Shown here in pieces: positions 25,982 through 38,370 of a DNA stretch of 64,000 nucleotides. The position numbers and the translations under genes were made by a program. The stretch comes from Marsupella aquatica (Eukaryota > Plantae > Marchantiophyta): contig OZ316892.1 of the NCBI GenBank assembly GCA_973895155.1, positions 11,968,238 to 12,032,237 on the forward strand. The letters run 5' to 3'. The notes under the pieces are model-generated. The model was given only the letters and a program-made list of their open reading frames with translations, ran no database searches and had not been told where the DNA came from. The number at the start of each line of letters is the position of its first letter. Within the stretch, counting starts at the first letter, position 1.

Positions 25982-27592
25982 TATAACATGTTCATCTTGG
26001 AACATGCTTCATTTTCTGTTTTTTACTGATATGCAGGTGATCTAATTTTTTGGTGGCAAATATAAACAGGACATTGACTAGGAAATACAGTCTATGATAT
26101 TGAAAAGTTGTGCACATAAGGTACAATTGTAAAAGTACACATGTAAAGAAAAGTAATGATGAACAGTACAAGTTTACGTATGGTATTGGGTTGTGCACAT
26201 AATGTACATGGGTAGAGATATTTATGTACTTACCTTAGGTAATGACACTCAAATTAATCAAAACCATAAATCTAGGACACCAAACCATGGAGATATATGC
26301 TTGATGGCCCCCTGGTGAAACTTTTTTACCTGATGGGCCCCTAGGTAACTTTTTTTACCAAGTAGGACCCCTCTTAATGACCAGTACACATGTTCTTGTG
26401 TGGTGCCTACACCTGTCCTTGTGTGGTGCCTACTATGTATGGTGACTCCAAGCAAACTGCACAGTTGAACTGTGCGGTCAACCTTGCATGGTCGACCGAG
26501 AAACCACGGAGATGATTCGGGAGAAACCGCAAAACGCGACTGCCGCTGTCAAAACTGCGATTTGAAGACAATATGCATTATGTCTTCGGATTCACTGGGT
26601 TAATGCCTGAAGACAATGGATTATGTCTTCGGGTTCAAATTTTTACCGTATCGTGGGGTAGTTATTAGGTATGTTTTTCATGTTGCGCACATGGGTTTTT
26701 CATGATGTTTTCATGCCTGTCAGCGTCAGTGTGGGGTACCCCCAAATGTCCACAAAGAATATTCAAGTTCAATGTTCAGAATTTGCCTACTGCCGCCACA
26801 ACAAAAATTGGCAAATGATTGACAATTACCCTCAAAAAATGGTAATACTCCCACGTGCAATGCATACAAACAATTTCAAAAGAAGACGACCCAAAGGTGT
26901 CGGGGTACACCCTAAACCCTAAACCTGGAAACACGGGAAGACATAATTCATTGAGTCTTCAGGCATTAACCCATTGAATCCGAAGACATAATGCATATTG
27001 TCTTCAAATCATAGTTTTGACAGCGGCAGTCGCTTTTCGCGGTTTCTCTCGAATCATCTCCGTGGTTTCTCGGTCATGCGACCATGCAAGGTTGACCGCA
27101 CAGTTCAACTGTGCAGTTTGCTTGGAGTCACCATACATAGTAGGCACCACACAAGGACAGGTGTAGGCACCACACAAGCACAGGTGTGCTGGTCATTAAG
27201 AGGGGTCCTACTTGGTAAAAAAAGTTACCTAGGGGCCCATCAGGTAAGAAAGGTTCACCAGGGGGCCCATCAAGCATATATCTCCCAAACCATGATTACA
27301 ACTTAAAGACACAAGCAGTACACTTTATTCACAAGCAGTACACTTTATTCAGATCATTTCTTCTTCACTCATGAGAATAAGGGCTAGAAATTCCATGAGC
27401 TTTGTGAAAGGGTGGACTATCTTAAATATAGCAAAGATTAAAAAATTTAGAGGGGTGCCAGAATAAATTCAAAATCTAAACTATACAAGGGATGTACCTT
27501 GGTAAGACACATTGAAATAAGATTACATAATAAAAGAATATTGAATAAGACAAAATACTGAAAGTTGCATTCACCATATAGCAACATCAAAA
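25982..27592. mobile_element. Long-target-duplication element, copy B (contains a nested MULE)
   Basis: Starts TATAACATGTTCATCTTGGAACATGC and ends CACCATATAGCAACATCAAAA, homologous to copies at 52685 and 63598. Flanked by a ~46-bp direct repeat (25936-25981 and 27593-27638, 3 mismatches). Confidence 0.75.
26290..27284. mobile_element. Non-autonomous Mutator-like element (MULE) with ~345-bp TIRs
   Basis: TIRs begin GAGATATATGCTTGATGG (26290) and end CCATCAAGCATATATCTC (27284). The arms are near-identical (~26290-26635 versus ~26930-27284). 10-bp TSD CCAAACCATG at 26280-26289 and 27285-27294. A GAGATA terminus and 9-11 bp TSD are Mutator hallmarks. Confidence 0.9.
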
Positions 27593-28568
27593 TTGAAATC
27601 ATGTAGTTGCCACCACAAGACTATCTTTAGGTTTGGGATAACATATGTGATAAACTAGAAGATTTGTGGCAGATCTCACATGGCCAGTATAGTCACTTTT
27701 ATGTGAAAAGAGTAGACTTCCAATGCCCGATTTCTGTGAAAAGAGTATAATGGCCAATCCCTGATATTCTGTGAGAAGGAGTCACAACACCACTCTATTA
27801 AGACAACTTGCTTCAGTTTTGGCAGCTATATTTGCCTGATTCAGTCTATTGTCAACCCGTGGGGGTGCTCTTAGAGAATTTGTACCGGTCTGCCATACAA
27901 GGGAAACGACAGCCTATATAGAGGGTTCCACTCATTCTAGCCTCCATTACCAGCCGTGACTCTGCCTACCATTAGATGGGCAAGATTGGATGTAGGGCTT
28001 TGGCTCTGATGACGGGCATGAGACAAGTTGGGCAATGTGTATGTGGTACACTGCCAGGCTCAAGCTCATGGTGCTACAGTTCAACTACGGTTACACTTTA
28101 GTAGTATGGGTGAGGAACCTTACTGGCGCAGTCTATTACCAAGGCCTGCAAGTGCTCAATCATCCACCTTCAGTTGCCACTTTGGCCAATAGTGGCCTGG
28201 TATGGTCCTATGGGTGGGCTCTTAGAACTTTGTCGGTAATCACACATCAAAATGTGATAATATATGAGGTGCACTAATTAATTTAAAGAAAATAACTAGA
28301 TCTACCATGGTGTAGAAAGATGTCTTACACCACCTTATATGTCATATTTTGATCTGCAATTACTGAGACGCCTCTTAGACTATAAGGTGTCCACCTTGCC
28401 ACCTGTAAAACTAAAGTACTTGGGCTAAAGTTCCTTGTACCGTTTCTCTATGCCTGCTGTCACCAAGAGCCGTGCTGGGCAAGGTTGAATACAGATCCGA
28501 CGGCCAGAGAATTCGTGAAACGACCACCGTCGATCCCTGCCTTTTTGGCGCCTTGGCGCGATATCACT

Positions 28569-28676
28569 GCGCAGTTGGTCTATCCACTGCACTACAGTCG
28601 GCAATGGTTCGTTGTCCGAGACGCGCAGTTAGTCTATCCATTGCACTACAGTCGACAATGGTTCGTTGTCCGAGAC
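28569..28676. repeat. 2 x 54-bp tandem repeat upstream of RPN13
   Basis: GCGCAGTT(G/A)GTCTATCCA(C/T)TGCACTACAGTCG(G/A)CAATGGTTCGTTGTCCGAGAC twice. Confidence 0.9.
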
Positions 28677-29748
28677 GACTGTGCTGACACAAGATTTGCA
28701 GACTGAGAAGCAGCTCTCCAAATTCCTCGAGTTCAGACTGAAGATGAAAAGAGTGTGGTGAACTTTGCTTCGCCTCGCATGCTGTCGTGATTGTGGAGAT
28801 AGCGGTACAGTACTAAATTCGTTTTAGCTTCAGAGAAAGAGAAAGAGAAGAGAGAGAACGAAGGAACGAACGACTTCGGGCTTCCAGGGGCGGGCGACCT
28901 CCCTCGATACGTATTGCTGCATCTTCGGCTCATCTCAAGAAAGGATTCACTTGGGTGAGTTGGCCGAATTAACTTGACAGTGCTACTACTGAACTCGAAA
29001 CTCTTCGAGTTCAGTTTAGTCGCTCGTCGGAGTTCACTTCAGGGTAGACTGAGACGAGAGAGGTGTGCCTTGGAGGAGAGGTCTCGATTCTTGGTTGGAT
29101 ATTCAAGAGGGGCGGGATAGGGAGGGAGGGAGGGAAAGAGGGTGATAATACGAGAGCAAACATCTAGTGGGGCGTGTCCGGTTTTCTGTCTGTTCGTTTG
29201 TCTTCTTCAGGTCACTGTGTCTGTTCTGTGAGACTGAATCAAGTAAGTAAGCAAGGATTGAACCGATGAATTGCATAAAGCATTCATCTCATTTGTTTGC
29301 AATGAATTTGGGATCTGGACCCTAACAGAGGAAATTGTAATGGGCTTTGTGGTCTTGGAGTTAGGAGAGCCAAAACGGAGGAGAGTTATGGGCTGAGAAA
29401 CTTGTCCGAGGTTTGGAATCGAGTCTTAGTAGGCGGGAATTTGCAGTGAATGTTGTAACGCAATGAGAGTAGTTTAGGGTATTTTCAAATTTAGTGATTG
29501 GTGGAAGCCGCATCTGCTAGAAGAGTTTGGGAAAGGCGCTATAGTCGACTCTCGAATCAGGAACTACCGGTACTGTAGTTTGAATTTAAGTTGGTTACAG
29601 CTGTTGGTAATCTTGCCGGGCATTGTTCCATAAAGGCAGTGGAGGGGAGTGTTGTTGTTGGCTGGGGTCAGTTTTCTCAAAAGGGAGGTCTTCACGTGAA
29701 TTGCACTAATATTTTCGTTGTCACAGTTCAGCTGTGTCCGAGCTACAA

Positions 29749-32700
29749 ATGGGTCTGCTTCCTTCACCAATCGAGTCCTTGGAGCCAGAAGAAAATCCTC
29801 AAACGGTAATTTTTCGGGAAACGATGTACTTCGCTCGTCCTCTTGAGGATTTATCGGCATTCTTGGTAGGGTCTAGGACAGCATCAGTGTATGGGCACTG
29901 TAGTCAGACGTAGCTCCGTCATGCTCGCCTTTTTTCATTTTACAACTAAATCTAGCGGGACCGACTTGCATTGTCCCGTGTTCGTTTCCTACCATGCCTA
30001 GGTATCTTACCTAGTTATCGTAACATTATTTAAACCCCATTTTCCGGCTGGCAAATTGGTTGGGTGAGTGGATGGTTTTAAAGTTCAAGCCTATTATGGT
30101 AGCGCTCGTTTTGGGTCTTGGACCTTCCGTTTTCTTGCTCTAATTTCAAAAGTTTCTGCAAAGGGTAGTTGTATTTTTAATGAGTACTACATCCCCAGAG
30201 ACACCGTAGGACAGAGAGGCCAGCGCTGACTCACGATTCGATGATTTCAGGAAATATTATTGGAATTCCGGGCTGGGAAAATGGGTTTGGACGGTACGCG
30301 TGTACATGCTGATCCAAGAAAGGGCTTGGTTCGACTCGTCAGAGTGAGTTTCCCCCAGATTCCAGTTATGTGCTGTAATACAAGCAACGAGATATGCTAC
30401 TTGAGCGAAGGCTGCTGTACTAGATTGCAGCTGTTTAGTTTGGTTTAGAATAGAGAACTTTGTGAGTGGAATGAATTGTTGGTTGCATCCGAATGAAGGT
30501 TTGCTAGCTGACTCTTCTTGTGGGATAAATGCAAGTGGGAGACACATTTCTAATTTAATAAACTGTTTTTTTTCTAGAGTTTGTTCGTTCTCACTTGACC
30601 TTCAATCTTACTGTTGTGCATGAACAGTCAGATGATAGCCTCTTGCACTTTCAGTGGGTGGACGTAGTGGTGAATACCATTGAGGACGTATCCTTTGGAA
30701 GCGCGCTATTTGTAGCTTGGCTGCATGGGGATCTGTAATTGAAAAAATAGTGGTCGTCTAATACAAATCTTCTGCTTTTTAGAGGACATCCTGGAGAGTC
30801 GGCAGTCTAAGATTTGTGACAAATAGCTAGGCTCCATTTATCTGCAGCCTTACGTCTGTTGGAAATAGTGGCCCTTGGTATCACCAGATGGCTTGGCTTA
30901 ATTTGTAGTGCTCTTAGCTATCTTCCATTAATCACCAATTCATATAGTAGAGCTTTTACGTTAGTTTTGGATCCCTTGTGATAGAAGTCCTACGTTAGAT
31001 CCATTCTAAATGTGCGCAGGGTAGAGAGCTGAACTTCATAGCCCGTTTCCAAGGTTTGTTCAATGGAAGTTGTCCCAGAGCAGCATGACTTGTCATATGA
31101 GTAATGATTCGTACAGCACCAGTGTTAGGGTTGCAGTTCATCCTTAAACAAATGACACAGGATCAGATTGTACTTCCGGATGACGCAATTTTTGAGAAGG
31201 TATGTCGACTTCTGCTGCAAGTGCTATTCCTGTGGAGTCTACCAGAAGAGTTTTGTAACTGCTGGTTGGTTTATGAAACACATCATGGTACTTGATAGGT
31301 TGGCATATCCTAATGGTCTTGTTCTTTGTCTCCAGGTGTCACAATCTTCCGGGCGGGTATATATTCTAAAATTCAAGCATGATGATCGAAGATTTTTCTT
31401 CTGGATGCAGGTATAGTAGAATGTCACATTTTAACGACATTGCAAGAAAGAGACCTCGCTATTGTAATTTTATTAATGCTACTTGTTGAAGAATATGAAA
31501 TTGCTTGCAAGCAAGCCAGGGAATGGCAGACGTTCATTTTCCCATTCTCATTTTCGGATTAAGGACTTAGAGTCACATTGTCTATTGGATTGGTTGGCTT
31601 GCAACTCAAGGTTTTCTGACTTAAAGTGGTTGTGTCCGTGAATGTCAATTTCCCACATCTTTTGACACTTGCTACAGAAATGGGCAAGTCTTTGGCAATC
31701 GCATCTGGATCATTAATGCTCTGTTGTACTATTGGCAGGGTCCTAGCGTCGAGGACGATCAGCAGTTATGCGACAATGTCCAACATCTTCTCAATCAGCC
31801 GTTATGTATGCTTCTTGCATTGGCTTCATGTGCTTCTCATTATTCCAGGTTCCATATAATGACAAAGACACTGTAAATTCATGGTATAATTGAGTAGGAG
31901 ATCGTCTTTCTTTTGACGTCAACAGATTCTGACGAGGAGGAAGAGGCAGTACCTGAGTCATTGTCTGCGGCGTCGGAAAGTAGAGACGGAACAGAGGCTT
32001 CTGCAAGGTATTTGTTTTGTATGTCTCATTTTTTGCTTTCTTGTATTGAGCCAGGGTGATTCGGAGAGCGAATGTGGACTCCATACTCCTTGTTTCATGT
32101 TTCCAAATCTAAGCTTTTCAAATAAGATTCTCCAGTATTGGAGTGCAATCTCACTATTTGAACTGATAGCGAATGTGGTTCAGGGATGTTAATATGGTTG
32201 GTTACCCAAACGAAATTCTGCCGTCTACGGGAGCTGTACAGATGGCTGATCTTCAGAGAATCCTTCACGGGCTTAGCGAAGTGCCAGTTCCGCAAGGTAA
32301 TCCAGGTCACGTGCAAAATTTAAGATTAATCTATTCTAAAAGCTTACGATCGAAAGAGCATCAACGTAGAGAGGAAGAGAACAACGTTTGAGACGGGAAC
32401 TGTTGAGGTAGGTCGTGTGTCTTTACCTTTCCTTGGGGGTCAAATTGTAGGACCAGTGTCAGGGCTTTTCAGAGCGTGGAAAAAGTGAAATTATAGTCAT
32501 TTTACAAATTTTGAGCTGGAGTAAATGTTTGCAGACAAGAGTGATACTTGCCGGGCAATGCTGCCTTAAGTAGATTTTCAAGTAGTAGATCACGACCTGG
32601 TGTCCAGCTGTGATGGAAGAAAGTGCCTTTGCAGCTTAGTTGACTGGTGATGACCGGATGTCTTTACCTGACTATTGCAGGCTTTCTGATTATGTGCAGC

Positions 32701-33900
32701 TGCAGCTGAAGACTATTTCCGAGACACAGGTCTGTCATCTGATTATGCTAATGTGACGACTAAATGTGTTTACTTACTATACCTGCCATCAACATTTAAA
32801 ATACGATGATTGAATTTGTACTTCACTTTCTCGTCCAATTTCTCCTACGAACGCTAAGTGCAAATGTTGCGCAGGACCAAGCTTTACTGACATATTTAAG
32901 CCGGAGATGGTCTTACCGTTATTGGATTCAAGAAGTTTAAAAGAGCGACTTGTCCCTCTTCTTCCGGAGGTGTGTAGATTTTGTTTTAGAAGCGTTGTAT
33001 TTTTCCCCACGTATAAACTGTCTAATGAAAGCAAGTGGAGTCTAAAGAGCGGTGACGGCCAGTATTTTAATACTTGGGTGGCAAAACGGTTGTTGGAGGT
33101 TCAGATCTCTCAATTAAATTATTCTCATACATGTCCGTTGTAGGGTGTGGAAACTCCAGAGGCTCTTGGGGACCTTATGCGGAGTCCTCAATTTCAGCAA
33201 CAATTAGATATGTTTGCTCATGTATGTCCATTTCTTCCTCACTGCTTCTTCCCGTTTATTTTGCATTCGATTTCATCTTGGGGATAGTTTTGGAGTTATT
33301 TTTTGGTTTTGTTCATGGCATTGATCTTGATCTCTTTCCGTTGAACTATTCATACTTCTGACTGCGATGCTCCTTTCGTTCAGGTGTTAAGGAGTGGCCA
33401 ATTGGACTGGGCTCAATTTGGCATCAATCCGAGTAACTGTAGGTTTCTTTGATCCATACTCATTGATAATGACGGTCGTTTTCTTGATTTTCCCTCTTTT
33501 TGTTGAAGTCTTATGCCACTGTTTCTGTTTCAGTACGTGTAAAGTTGAGTACTCTTGCAATAGTGACTTTTGAGGTTGGTGTTGTGAATGCACTATTGCA
33601 GTTTATATGCGTAACTGAGAAATATCAGGCCAAACAGGGAAAAACAATCGTGAATTAGAGGTTTTTGTGTTTCGTCTATGGCGCATCTGAACTTGGGCAT
33701 TTGGCACATGTGCAGATAACTTCACTGTTTCTTCTTTCTTGGAGGCAATTGAAGACCAAACGATAAGTACTTCAGAGTCCAATTCTCCATCCACTGCACC
33801 CAAGACTGACAAAAAGCCTGAGAATGAGCACGATAGCGATGGGCAAAAGGATGATAAAAGGACTACAAAAGACAATGACCTCATGGAAGAAGGGTTGTAA
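29749..33900 (+). CDS. RPN13: 26S proteasome ubiquitin receptor RPN13 (Pru and DEUBAD domains)
   Basis: Exons 29749-29805, 30251-30343, 30628-30687, 31161-31199, 31336-31410, 31739-31805, 31926-32007, 32184-32296, 32706-32729, 32875-32969, 33144-33221, 33384-33438, 33716-33900. Pru motifs [61 protein letters not shown] motifs [32 protein letters not shown]. Probable 5'-UTR exons end near 28953 and 29242. Confidence 0.94.
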
Positions 33901-34990
33901 TGCTACTTATTCGGTAGTGAACTTGAGTTTGGTATAATTATCAATCTGGCTGCCACCGAGAGGGAAGTACGTCTCCTCCTGGAGTGTTACAGTAAGGTGA
34001 GGTGTGCTTCCAACTGGCAATTTAGTGAATGTCAAGTGCGACATTTGACCTGTCGCTGAAATTGAAAAGCAGCTTGAATTGGGAATTCACGAAGGTAAAG
34101 AGTGGCTTCTCCTACCGTCTTTTGTTGAATATGGAGATGGTTTCTACTGGCGAGTCATTAAACCAGAGAGTGACTTACATAGCTTGTCAGGAACGGGAAG
34201 AGTGGCTTCCTCTATGCTATCCTCGAAAGTGATTTAGTGGCTACTCATTGAAGACCACAAATAGGCTTCCTCTGTCCAGGAATTGAAAGTAACAGTGCGT
34301 ACGTACGTCTGCAAGAGACATTTCTCGAGAAACAAAGAAGCTAAGTGGGAGGGATTATAGAACAAGGGAGTAACGTAGACTACTTCTAACTCGAGAATAA
34401 TCCTTATTATCTTCATTTTGTGTTGTCTTGAAACGCGCCACAGCATATTGCGCTAGTACCAATCTGACTCGTACAGGACTGTGATCCTAGGACCAAGGGC
34501 CATCCACTCATTCCCGCCATGTCTTACGACCCAGAATTAATATGGCCTTAGGAAGATTCTCGTTAGCCAATTGTTTCTATAAGTCTTCGTCCATTAAAGA
34601 TCCTAAAGTAAAACGTATTGTCCAATTTTCCTAACGAGGGCCGAGATCTACAGCAAGTCCGAAATGGTAAATTGGAGATGCATATGAGGGATACAAAGAG
34701 ATTGATTCACTCTGGCTGCAATGTTCCCGATGCCGATCACAAAGTGTCACCATTGTGAAAATTTGTTGAGGGAGCGGGAAAATGGCTTGCAGGGGGAAAT
34801 CCTTGGTTCATCATATCTTTGATTCCGAATGAAGCACGATCTTCGTCACGAAAATGATATCGATTGATCTGCCTAAATCAGGCCTGATGCAGTGGACATC
34901 TCAGACTGTCAAACAACAAAACGATGATGGATGGAGTCAGCCGAGTCTGGGCAACCTGGACCATGCCTTAAATCTACTACTCATTAAGGT

Positions 34991-37145
34991 TAAATTTACA
35001 ACGCATTGGGGCTCTCCAGGTTCAGTGGCAAACCGCATGCTGCCCGTCACTGAACCCAATGCAACCTACCTGTACCTGTACCCGTTGTAGATGTGGGTTT
35101 ATATTCTACCACACCTCCTGTCAACCATGATTTCCATTCTGTCCTCTGTCCGTCCGATTTAAAATCGGGCGAGAGCCCGACGCCAACCGTACCACGCTCT
35201 ACAAACCCTGCCACCTCCCAAAGTTGATTCTTGCCTTGTGAATCATGGTTGCTGTAGTGAGTGGATTCCTACTGAGTGGATTCCTACAAGCATACACAAA
35301 CCAGATTATTGTCTGAATAGCAAAACATAAACCAGGACTCATTGGAATAAGCCCATACCCAAACATGAACCAGCAGTCAAATTTACAAAATGAAAGCAGA
35401 ATCAATAGAAAACTGCAAACCTTTGGCATGCCGCCGTTTTGGGACACCCAACCGGACATGGTTCTGGATTCATGCGATGTGCTGATTGCATATGATCCAG
35501 AAAGGCCTGCTTTTTCACAAAATGCTGGCATGAGTCATCCGTCATGACTTTGCAGAAAAAACCTGACCCTGACGTTCTTAGGTGGGATGGATTCTTGGCT
35601 CTCATTCAATGATTATATATCTTGGCTGTTGGGAATTTCACCCATTTTGCCTCTGGTGGAAAACAAGGCTTCCCCTTCCTATGTCCTACAGCACATGCCC
35701 GAGGCGGCATTCCCTACATGAAAGTTTGCAGCAATGAGTAGAACATAAACCATAAACCTAAAATATGGGGCGGGGTGAGACATTGATTGAAACAATCCCA
35801 GAAGGCCTACGCCCGCTAATACCACATACAAAGCAATTAATTGTATGACAGACGGCGATAAAGTGAATGAAAGTGCATACTTGAGCAAGACGTCCAGGTC
35901 AGTTGTCGAGCTTCATTATAAGAATGCTTGGGATGTTTCGAAAGCAAATCAAGCATAAACGTGACAAAGCCTAAACAATGAGACACTAGTTGCAAATGAG
36001 AAAAAATTGCTACACTGTTTCTAAAGCCCTAAACGCCCTGGAAATGAAGAGGCACTCAGAGGTTGCTTACAGCAGAGGGCCAAAAGTACTCGCGAGTTAT
36101 TGGCGATGAAGCGTGCAGCCACCTCAAAGCTGTATGAATTGGAGCCCACCGTAGAAACATGTTCAAGAACCCACGATCAACAAAAGAACATTGACGACTA
36201 CTCAGGTCCAAATGCGCAGTATACAATATCCAAGAGCTAGGAGCTCCAATTTGAACCCCAGACCTATTGGTTCCCAGTTGGTAGTTTTGACTAGCATAAT
36301 ATAATTCAAATGTTTGGTTCTTCCTCTATCATGATCCTTTGTGGACAACTTTGCGTCTTGCTGTTGAGTTGATTGGTGCAAAAGCACATAAAATGACAAC
36401 TAATTGTTGTCGAGAATGGTGTCCCATTGTGTAGCAACATCAAATCCTTATGTACATACTCCTATATGTATTGGACAAAAAAGTGGAATGTGGATGAGGC
36501 CTAAGTGTTAGCTCATCTATCTCCAGTGTACATAGATAGATGCTTGGGATTTGACATTTGATCACACCCAGGTACTTTATTTCCATGTACTCGGGGTCTG
36601 ACTTATTGGAAACACTTTCCAGATCTATTAGTACTCTTGCCAATGTACCCTGACCTTATCCCAGGGGCCAACGGAATGTGGTTACGCACCTGGTTGTGCT
36701 AACAAGAAGAGTCGTTGTACTACTTAAAGCCCTACAATGTTGAGCAAATTTATAGTCTTAAGGGTCAGGACCAGTCCACATTTGACGATGCTGAGAGTGG
36801 AAAATGGAAAGAATGATCCGCAAGAATCCCTGTTCTGACAAGTAAACAGTGCCAATGGATTGTGCAACGGCAGTCAACATGCAATTTAGTAGTTTGCACT
36901 CGTCTGTCAAGTACAATACAGGGCGTTGGCAGGGCTAGTGGAGCGTGGTACGATTGGGCATCGGGCTCACACCCAATCTTGACTGGACGGATGGAGGACG
37001 GAAAATGGAAATCATGGTTGACGGCGGGTGTGGTAGAGCATAAACCTGCATCCTACAACAAGAATGGGCAGGTTGCATTGGGTTAGTGATGGGCAGAGTG
37101 GGGTTCCCCACTAAACCTGGGGAGAAAAAATGTGTTGTAAATTTA
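34991..37145. mobile_element. Decayed ~2.15-kb TIR element with ~230-bp imperfect inverted repeats
   Basis: 34991-35220 (TAAATTTACAACGCATT..CCAGGTTCAGTGG..CTGCCCGTCACTGAACCCAATGCAACC..GTCAACCATGATTTCCATT..CGTACCACGCTC) is the reverse complement of ~36920-37145. No clear TSD. Confidence 0.75.
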
Positions 37146-37149
37146 GTTC

Positions 37150-38130
37150 AAGGTCCAACCTGGGACCAACTTTATAGTTCTTCAAGATTCGCTCATCATA
37201 TTTCACATAACGTTTCATCCGAGCCCAATTGAAAGTCAGTCCTAGCAAGGAGATGCAACTTGGCACCTCCTTGAATGGCAAAGCAAAACAATAGAAAGTA
37301 GACTCCCCAACATTGATGGCCTCGAGGATGAATAGTGGCAGTGCATGAATGAGCCAGGATTGTGGCCTCATAGATCAGCTAAGGAAATCACAGAGTCCTT
37401 CTTCCACGGCAAATGTGCACCATTCCTCTTGGATCATTCCAGTGCTAAAACACAAGCAACCCTGACCTGTTTAAACAATGGACTCTCACGCATGTGCAAA
37501 ACCGGGTCATCCTTTTCGCTATGACTTACCCTGACCTCTTGCTTGCGTCTAATCACTCTGGAAAGCATGATATAGTCCAATCAATGTATGCGTAGGGTAA
37601 AGTGTCCCATCCTTTGTACAAACCTGTTTGAAGATCTTCATGCACAGCGCGCTGCATTCGTTTGCAGGAAGATCCTCAAAACCAACACTATTTCCCCAAC
37701 CCTTGAACTCTCGGAAACAATTGACTATATTCACAGCCCATCGATCAACAGCTGCTCTTGGATTTGGGTTCTCTTCAAGAAACTCTACGGGCGCTTGACC
37801 AGGAACTATAATAACAAGTGGTTGCTTCTTCAGATGCTTGTCAGCAAGTAGTGAATCAAGAGTGTCATGAAGCACCTGCAACCCTGCCTCGCATTGGTCA
37901 TTGAGGTTGTCCGCATCAAGATTGAGCTCAATGTTGCTTACCAATGAGATGCTAGACTTGTCATCCTCCTTTGGGTCTGTGATACCCTTGAGCTTGGACA
38001 TGCCGATACTAAACAATGGCTTGGCCATAATCGAGCAATCAAAATACGCAACATATGGTAATGCAACAAGAATCTTTGTTGCAAAAATTGAAACACAAAC
38101 TCTTCTTGCAAAAAGCGCGTCAGTCTCCAT
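37150..38130 (-). pseudogene. Decayed Crypton-type (DUF3504/ZMYM-like) tyrosine recombinase
   Basis: The ORF reads ..DRWAVNIVNCFREF..SALCMKIFKQVCTKDGTLYPTHTLIGLYHAF. It continues through frameshifts and a stop as RVIRRKQ..PLFKQVRVAC..KKDSVISLAD-EATILAHSCTATIHPRGHQCWGVYFLLFCFAIQGGAKLHLLARTDFQLGSDE-RYVKYDERILKNYK. This follows the Crypton YR pattern (VRKxDGxxYPxxTL; FxxRGGxExxxLxxxDF; YxxYxExxSKN). Truncated by the TIR element at about 37145. Confidence 0.72.
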
Positions 38131-38247
38131 TGATCTATTCTCAATGAAAATTGGCAGTCACATGTCGACGAGAGACAATGACTTGTCCTGCAAAGAGTGT
38201 GTCGGTCATCGAGTCAACTAACAGATTGTTGACACCAGGTTCGACAA

Positions 38248-38370
38248 TGTGACAAACGCCTCCCACACCTGCAAATCGTTGTGACGAACACCTCCACACC
38301 TGCAAATCGTTGTGACAAACACCTCCACACCTGCAAATTGTTGTGACAAACACCTCCACACCTGCAAATC
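38248..38370. repeat. 4 x 31-bp tandem repeat
   Basis: TGTGACAAACACCTCCACACCTGCAAATCGT four times. Confidence 0.9.

Noticed and set aside
35420-35535. MPAFCEKAGLSGSY as the C-terminal half of the Crypton recombinase
   Set aside because: It lies inside the separate TIR element, lacks a clear HxxR/TGH motif, and another frame reads better as a zinc finger.
38248-38370. CRISPR-like array (also considered for 16457 and 45955)
   Set aside because: The repeats are head-to-tail with no unique spacers and no cas genes, in a eukaryotic context.
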